Below are positions 53,704 through 58,045 of a stretch of 58,045 nt of DNA, one piece after another. Source of the DNA: Chrysochromulina tobinii (taxonomy: Eukaryota). A program made the position numbers and the translations under genes. The stretch is taken from NCBI GenBank assembly GCA_001275005.1, contig JWZX01003265.1, positions 1 to 58,045 on the forward strand. The letters are read 5' to 3'. Below the pieces are notes generated by a model that saw nothing but the letters and a program-made list of their open reading frames with translations, was not told the origin of the DNA and did no database searches. Every line of letters begins with the position of its first letter. The first letter of the stretch is position 1.

Positions 53704-55338
53704 TTAGCTCGGAGTGGACGGCACGACGACCCCGGGAGACGCATACTGCACAGCGAACCCAGCCGAAGACGTGTGGCTGCCCGGTGTATCCGGAGTCCCG
53801 TGCGTGCTGTCGGGCTCGGTGTTGTGCAGCATCGAGCGCAGGTTGAAGCGCACGAAGTCGGTGCTGCTATCAGCGGTCGCCAGCTCGTGCAGGAGGACAT
53901 GCACGGCCCTCCGCAGGCCGCTCGTCTCAAAGAGCGAACGATACGCTGGCCGAGAGCTCAGCCGTTGGAGAAGGATGCTCACGCATGCCGCGAGCGAATC
54001 CTCCCCCTCAGCGGCACCTGCTGAAGTCAGTGCAGCGATGGCCGCGCGAAAAAAGGCTGGCGTCGCAAGTCGGTTCATGGGTGCAGTCGTGTTGCCAGGC
54101 GCACTTAGGTTGGGCGGCGCCGCGCAGAGGCCGAGCAGTGCCGCGGCTGCTGGTCGGGCGAGCGAGGAGCGCGTCGAGCCGATCAGTGGAACGAGCTCGT
54201 CCACAGCCCCAAGCCGTAGTAGAGCAGCCCGCGAGGCCGGGTCAGAGGCGAGGCGTCGCAGGCAGCTCAGAGCTTCGCACGCATCGCGCACGCCACCGCC
54301 AGCGGCACCGGCTCCACCGTGCGACCCCTGTTGCGCACGCATGCTTAGGCGCAGAAGCATCAGGGCGGCGAGAGGTGCCGCCGGATGTGACGACGCGACG
54401 GCGCGTCCAAAGAGAGGCTCCGCGTCCTGGGCAGCGGCACGAGCCAGGTGGCGTCGCAAGCGCCTCTCCCACTGCGGCAGAGCGTGCTCTAGCGCTGGCG
54501 CGGCAGAGGCATGGGCACTCGTGTCATCCGAGTCCAGCCCGTTTCTGAGCATGCACAGGAGCCGCCAGCATTGAGAGACGCCGAGCCCTTGGTCGTTCAG
54601 CAGTGCGTCGGCAGCGCCCGGGAGTGCACGGCGTCGAGCGGCCTGGAGTGCCGCCGCGGCCGCGGGCAGTATGGAGCTTCCTGGTTGAGCAGTCGACGAG
54701 GGACCCTTGTCGGCGGGGTCCTTGTCAGAGACTGCGGCATCGAGCTCGAGGAGCAAGGCGGACGTTAGGTCACGCGCCCTGCTCAGCTGGTAGTGCTGGC
54801 GTTGAGAGGAGAGGTGAGATGGCACATCGCCGCCTTCGACAGACTGAGGTGCCTCGGACGGCGCTCCGACCCCTTGGGCCGCCGTCGGCTTGAGAGGCAC
54901 GCGCAGCACTGCCCGGTTTTTTGACGGCACCTCACGTGCCTTTGCGCTGGGCATGCGCAGATGCTCACACTGCTGCTTGAGAGCTCCGCAAGCTGTTTGG
55001 AGGCGCTGGACGTGCGCGTCGGCGGCGGCATCCAATCGCTCACGCCCTGCTTGGATGAGGCGTTGCGCTTCTTTCTCGAGCAGCGTGCGCAACATCACGC
55101 AGTCTTTCTCGCTGCGCGCCACAGCAACTTCACGAGCCTCGACATTTGCCTCCGTGTCTTGAACTGCGGCTTCGCGAGCTTCAACTGCAGCTTCACGTGC
55201 CTCGACTTTGTCCAGCCGCTTTTGCAAGGCCGCCGCACGGTGCGACAGTGCATTACTCAAGGCCACGAGCTCGGCATGCGCCTCAGCCAGCAATGCTGGC
55301 GTGATCGTTGCCTGCACGGAATATGGGACGGCGCTCAT
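53704..55338 (-). CDS. CCDC138: CCDC138-like protein (N-terminal coiled coil, C-terminal ARM-like helical region)
   Basis: N-terminal coiled coil (ELVALS...EAREAAVEARE). C-terminal VSILLQRLS...RSLFE...FVRFNLRSMLHN resembles the conserved CCDC138 end (SIILQKLS...KLFE...FL.INL.S.L.N). Confidence 0.65.
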   Translation of the reverse strand: MSAVPYSVQATITPALLAEAHAELVALSNALSHRAAALQKRLDKVEAREAAVEAREAAVQDTEANVEAREVAVARSEKDCVMLRTLLEKEAQRLIQAGRERLDAAADAHVQRLQTACGALKQQCEHLRMPSAKAREVPSKNRAVLRVPLKPTAAQGVGAPSEAPQSVEGGDVPSHLSSQRQHYQLSRARDLTSALLLELDAAVSDKDPADKGPSSTAQPGSSILPAAAAALQAARRRALPGAADALLNDQGLGVSQCWRLLCMLRNGLDSDDTSAHASAAPALEHALPQWERRLRRHLARAAAQDAEPLFGRAVASSHPAAPLAALMLLRLSMRAQQGSHGGAGAAGGGVRDACEALSCLRRLASDPASRAALLRLGAVDELVPLIGSTRSSLARPAAAALLGLCAAPPNLSAPGNTTAPMNRLATPAFFRAAIAALTSAGAAEGEDSLAACVSILLQRLSSRPAYRSLFETSGLRRAVHVLLHELATADSSTDFVRFNLRSMLHNTEPDSTHGTPDTPGSHTSSAGFAVQYASPGVVVPSTPS

Positions 55339-55704
55339 GGATTAGCTTCGTACTCCCGCCGAGGCGCTGCGCCGGGCGGAAATGTGCATTTGCGCTCCCG
55401 GCGCGCGCGCTGAATGACAAATCCCAGTGTACACGCGCCGCACGCATCATGACGCACACGGGAACGCACGCATCACCGAATGCGACTCACACATGGGGAC
55501 TACTCGGGGGCCGCCACACACCGACCGTCAGTCCAACTCCACCGCGGTCGCGATAGCGGCGATCAGCGCTGCCTCCAAGCTACAAAGCATGCAGTCTATT
55601 ATTATGATTTGGAAGGAGTACGCCATCGCAGCGTGTGTCCTCGCAACGGCCAGTGCAGCGGTTCAGGTTGCATGGTCGATGCAGCATGTCAGCGAGGTTA
55701 CGCA

Positions 55705-56973
55705 TCAATAGGGCCGCTGCTCGAAAGAATGATCCCGCGACAGCATCATGGGCACGGGGCGGTCGCCACCTCGGTTCGGCATTGCGTAGGGCGCAGTGTT
55801 CGGATAGCGGGATGACATTGCCATCGACGCCGCCGTTGGCGCGTGCATTTCCATGTGCCCGTGGGAAGGCGTTTGCAGCGGCAGCATGGGCATGTGCGTG
55901 GACGCCGGCGCGGACTCAACGTAGTAGGCGCCGCTTTCGGCCACATTAGCCTTGGACGCATAGTCGGCCACGGCTGACAGGTCGTTGAGCGGGTTGTAGT
56001 CGCTGCTCATCGCCATTAATGTCGACGGCGTCGCGCCGATCTGCTGCAGTGCCGAGCGCTCCGTGTCTGCGAGCTGCCTCTCGAGATCGCCTGCCCGCTG
56101 GCGCAGCGCCTCCACAGAGTACGTACTGTCAGAGGCGCTGCCGGCCCGGCGTCGGGGCACCTTCTCCGCCTCTCCGGGCGCCACACGGCCCAGTGCCTCA
56201 CGGAGCGCCGCCACCTCGCGCTCGAGCTCATCGCACACGCCGAGCACCTCCTGCTTCACGTGCAGGGTCTCGCGGAGGAGCTGCTGCAGCTGCTGAAGTG
56301 ATTTGGCGCCTTGCAAAATGCGGGCAGCCTGCTCGCAGTGAGTTTGCTCGAGCCGGCGCACCTGCGCCCGCGCGATCTGCGCCTGACGCTGCGTTACCTC
56401 GATTGTGCGCTGATCCTGCGCACGCTGATACAGCTGCGCCTCAAGCCGGCGAGCCTGACGTTGGAACATGTCGTTCAGCATGTCCATGCCCGCAACGCTC
56501 TCCGACCGAACCGGGTCACCCAGTGGCGAACGCATCCCTGCGGACGCGTGGTAGGGGGCGCACGAACTCGCTCAGCACGCAACGACCGCGGATACGCCAA
56601 CACAAAAGCTGGGCACCCCACTCTGTCACGCAGGCAGGCGGTCCTGCCAGTGGCGTCCTCTGAACGGTCCGGCAAAGCGCCTCGCGCTGGCAGTGCCGCG
56701 TGGCACGCCAGGCGTATGCGAGGCCCGCAATAGCAATGTAGCAACATGCTCAAACGGATGTGCTTTGTGGTGGCTCGCACCTTGCAACGTTGATGGGATC
56801 CCCTCGAGGGAGCGGCGCAATGCCTCGGCTGAGAGCCCATCAGGAGCCTGCGCAATCGGCCCGAACCCAAGTCAGTGCTCTGCTGGAGAGGCCAGGCAGG
56901 TGTTCGCTCGATCGGCGGAGCGCGCGCGTACCGAGCCCATGCGCGGACTGGTCCCCGAGAGTCGAGGCTCCAT
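55705..56973 (-). CDS. Coiled-coil protein, three exons (56973-56932, 56847-56781, 56537-55705)
   Basis: Intron 1 GTACGC...TGCGCAG (56931-56848) and intron 2 GTGCGA...CCGCAG (56780-56538) join MEPRLSGTSPRMGS-APDGLSAEALRRSLEGIPSTLQG-MRSPLG... in frame. Confidence 0.65.
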
Positions 56974-57474
56974 AAGAAAGATGCTTAGATGGTTTAGAGA
57001 GATTCTCGGCTTCGTCTCGGCACGCCCTCGCAGCAGATTCCCACCAGCCGACATCTAAATGAGGGCGAGTTGACCTAAATGAGCTCTGAAATGAGGGCGA
57101 GATTGTAGTGGAAAAAATGACAAGTCAAGGGAACGAGTTTGTGTGTGCCTCAGAACAGATGATATGATGACTCCCCGCGGTTCTCGGCGTCATCGAGCCA
57201 TGCTCCTCAGACACGGAGACCGGCTGACGCAACTGCGGCAAATTTGGGGCCTGGGTCCCTGCTCGCCTCGCTGCACGGTGTGCTCGCTGCTCGGTCGCGT
57301 CCTGCCCTCGCCTCCATCAGCTCATTCTCTCGAACCTCACTTGCCGTCGCCCTGTAGTGCGCGTCGGGCGCCACCCTGCTCCAGTCTGGGTTGGTTCACA
57401 GCCTGGGCTGCTTCACAGCCTGGGCTGGTTCTGCTGCTCTTTTTCGAGAACGTGGTGACGATGGCACGCCTTGT

Positions 57475-58045
57475 CTACTTGGGCCCGCCCTCCTTCTTCT
57501 CCCCCTCTTTCGTCTCCGGGTTGGAGGGCATCGCGTTGATGACGGCCTGGGGATCGACGCCCGGGAGCGAGCCGAGCACTGACTGCAAGAAGCTCGCATC
57601 CTGGAACATGGTCAGGTCGGAGGCGGCCGAGCCCGCGGGCGCCGCGGGCGTGGCTGCGGCCTGCTGCGACATGGACATGGCCAGCGCCAGCTGCATCTCC
57701 TCGTCCATGTCCTCGTTGGCGTCGCCCATATCGACGTCGGCGGGGAGCGGTGCGGCGGGGGGCGGGATGGGCGGCGGCGGCGACGGTTCGACTAGCCCAG
57801 CGCGGATGACGGGCGGCGGCGCGCCGGGCGTGGCCGCCGGCCCGGTCGCGGTCGGAGTGACCATCGACGACGACCCCGGGACAGTCTCCGCCTGGCTCAT
57901 GGCGATGGCAGCTTCGAGCAGTGCGGCCTCGTCCATGTCGGCGCCGCCAGCCTCGGCCATCGGCGCGTCGGCGGACGTGGATCCCGCCGCGGCGCCACCG
58001 GCCGCCGCCTCGCCGCTGCCGCCGGCCGCGGCCTCCGCCTTGGCC
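57475..58045 (-). CDS. RPN10: 3' part of 26S proteasome ubiquitin receptor Rpn10/PSMD4 (partial)
   Basis: UIMs DEAALLEAAIAMS and DEEMQLALAMSM, then the conserved FQDASFLQSVLGSLPGVDP tail; frame is open to the window edge. Confidence 0.88.
   Translation of the reverse strand, partial: AKAEAAAGGSGEAAAGGAAAGSTSADAPMAEAGGADMDEAALLEAAIAMSQAETVPGSSSMVTPTATGPAATPGAPPPVIRAGLVEPSPPPPIPPPAAPLPADVDMGDANEDMDEEMQLALAMSMSQQAAATPAAPAGSAASDLTMFQDASFLQSVLGSLPGVDPQAVINAMPSNPETKEGEKKEGGPK

Overview
High-GC, gene-dense, intron-poor eukaryotic nuclear DNA. It most likely comes from an alga with a complex red plastid (haptophyte, Chrysochromulina-like; inferred from composition, intron style and a signal-peptide-bearing Cdc48). 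About 25 genes are supportable: a partial FHA protein, an Rsa3-domain protein, a SAM methyltransferase, an RBR E3 ligase, GT34 and GT17 glycosyltransferases, and a very large NEK-kinase/PH/LRR/villin-headpiece protein. There is also a two-domain ARTC-type ADP-ribosyltransferase with an N-terminal RIIa/Dpy-30-like motif, EF-hand and LRR-EF-hand proteins, cytosolic HSP70, a beta-helix/Pro-rich protein, a probable SELMA Cdc48, PGM3, a USP22/Ubp8-like protease, a VPS13 split by frameshifts, kanadaptin, CCDC138, coiled-coil proteins and the 3' part of Rpn10. No rRNA, tRNA or CRISPR was seen. Most interesting: the kinase-CARMIL-like-headpiece fusion hidden by a frameshift; the tandem ART; a Dpy-30/RIIa-like module found both on the ART and inserted inside PGM3; an introner-like intron with a target-site-type direct repeat; and a ~900 bp TIR element. 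Several frameshifts fall in homopolymers and are probably assembly errors. All family calls come from motif recognition by eye, not database searches.
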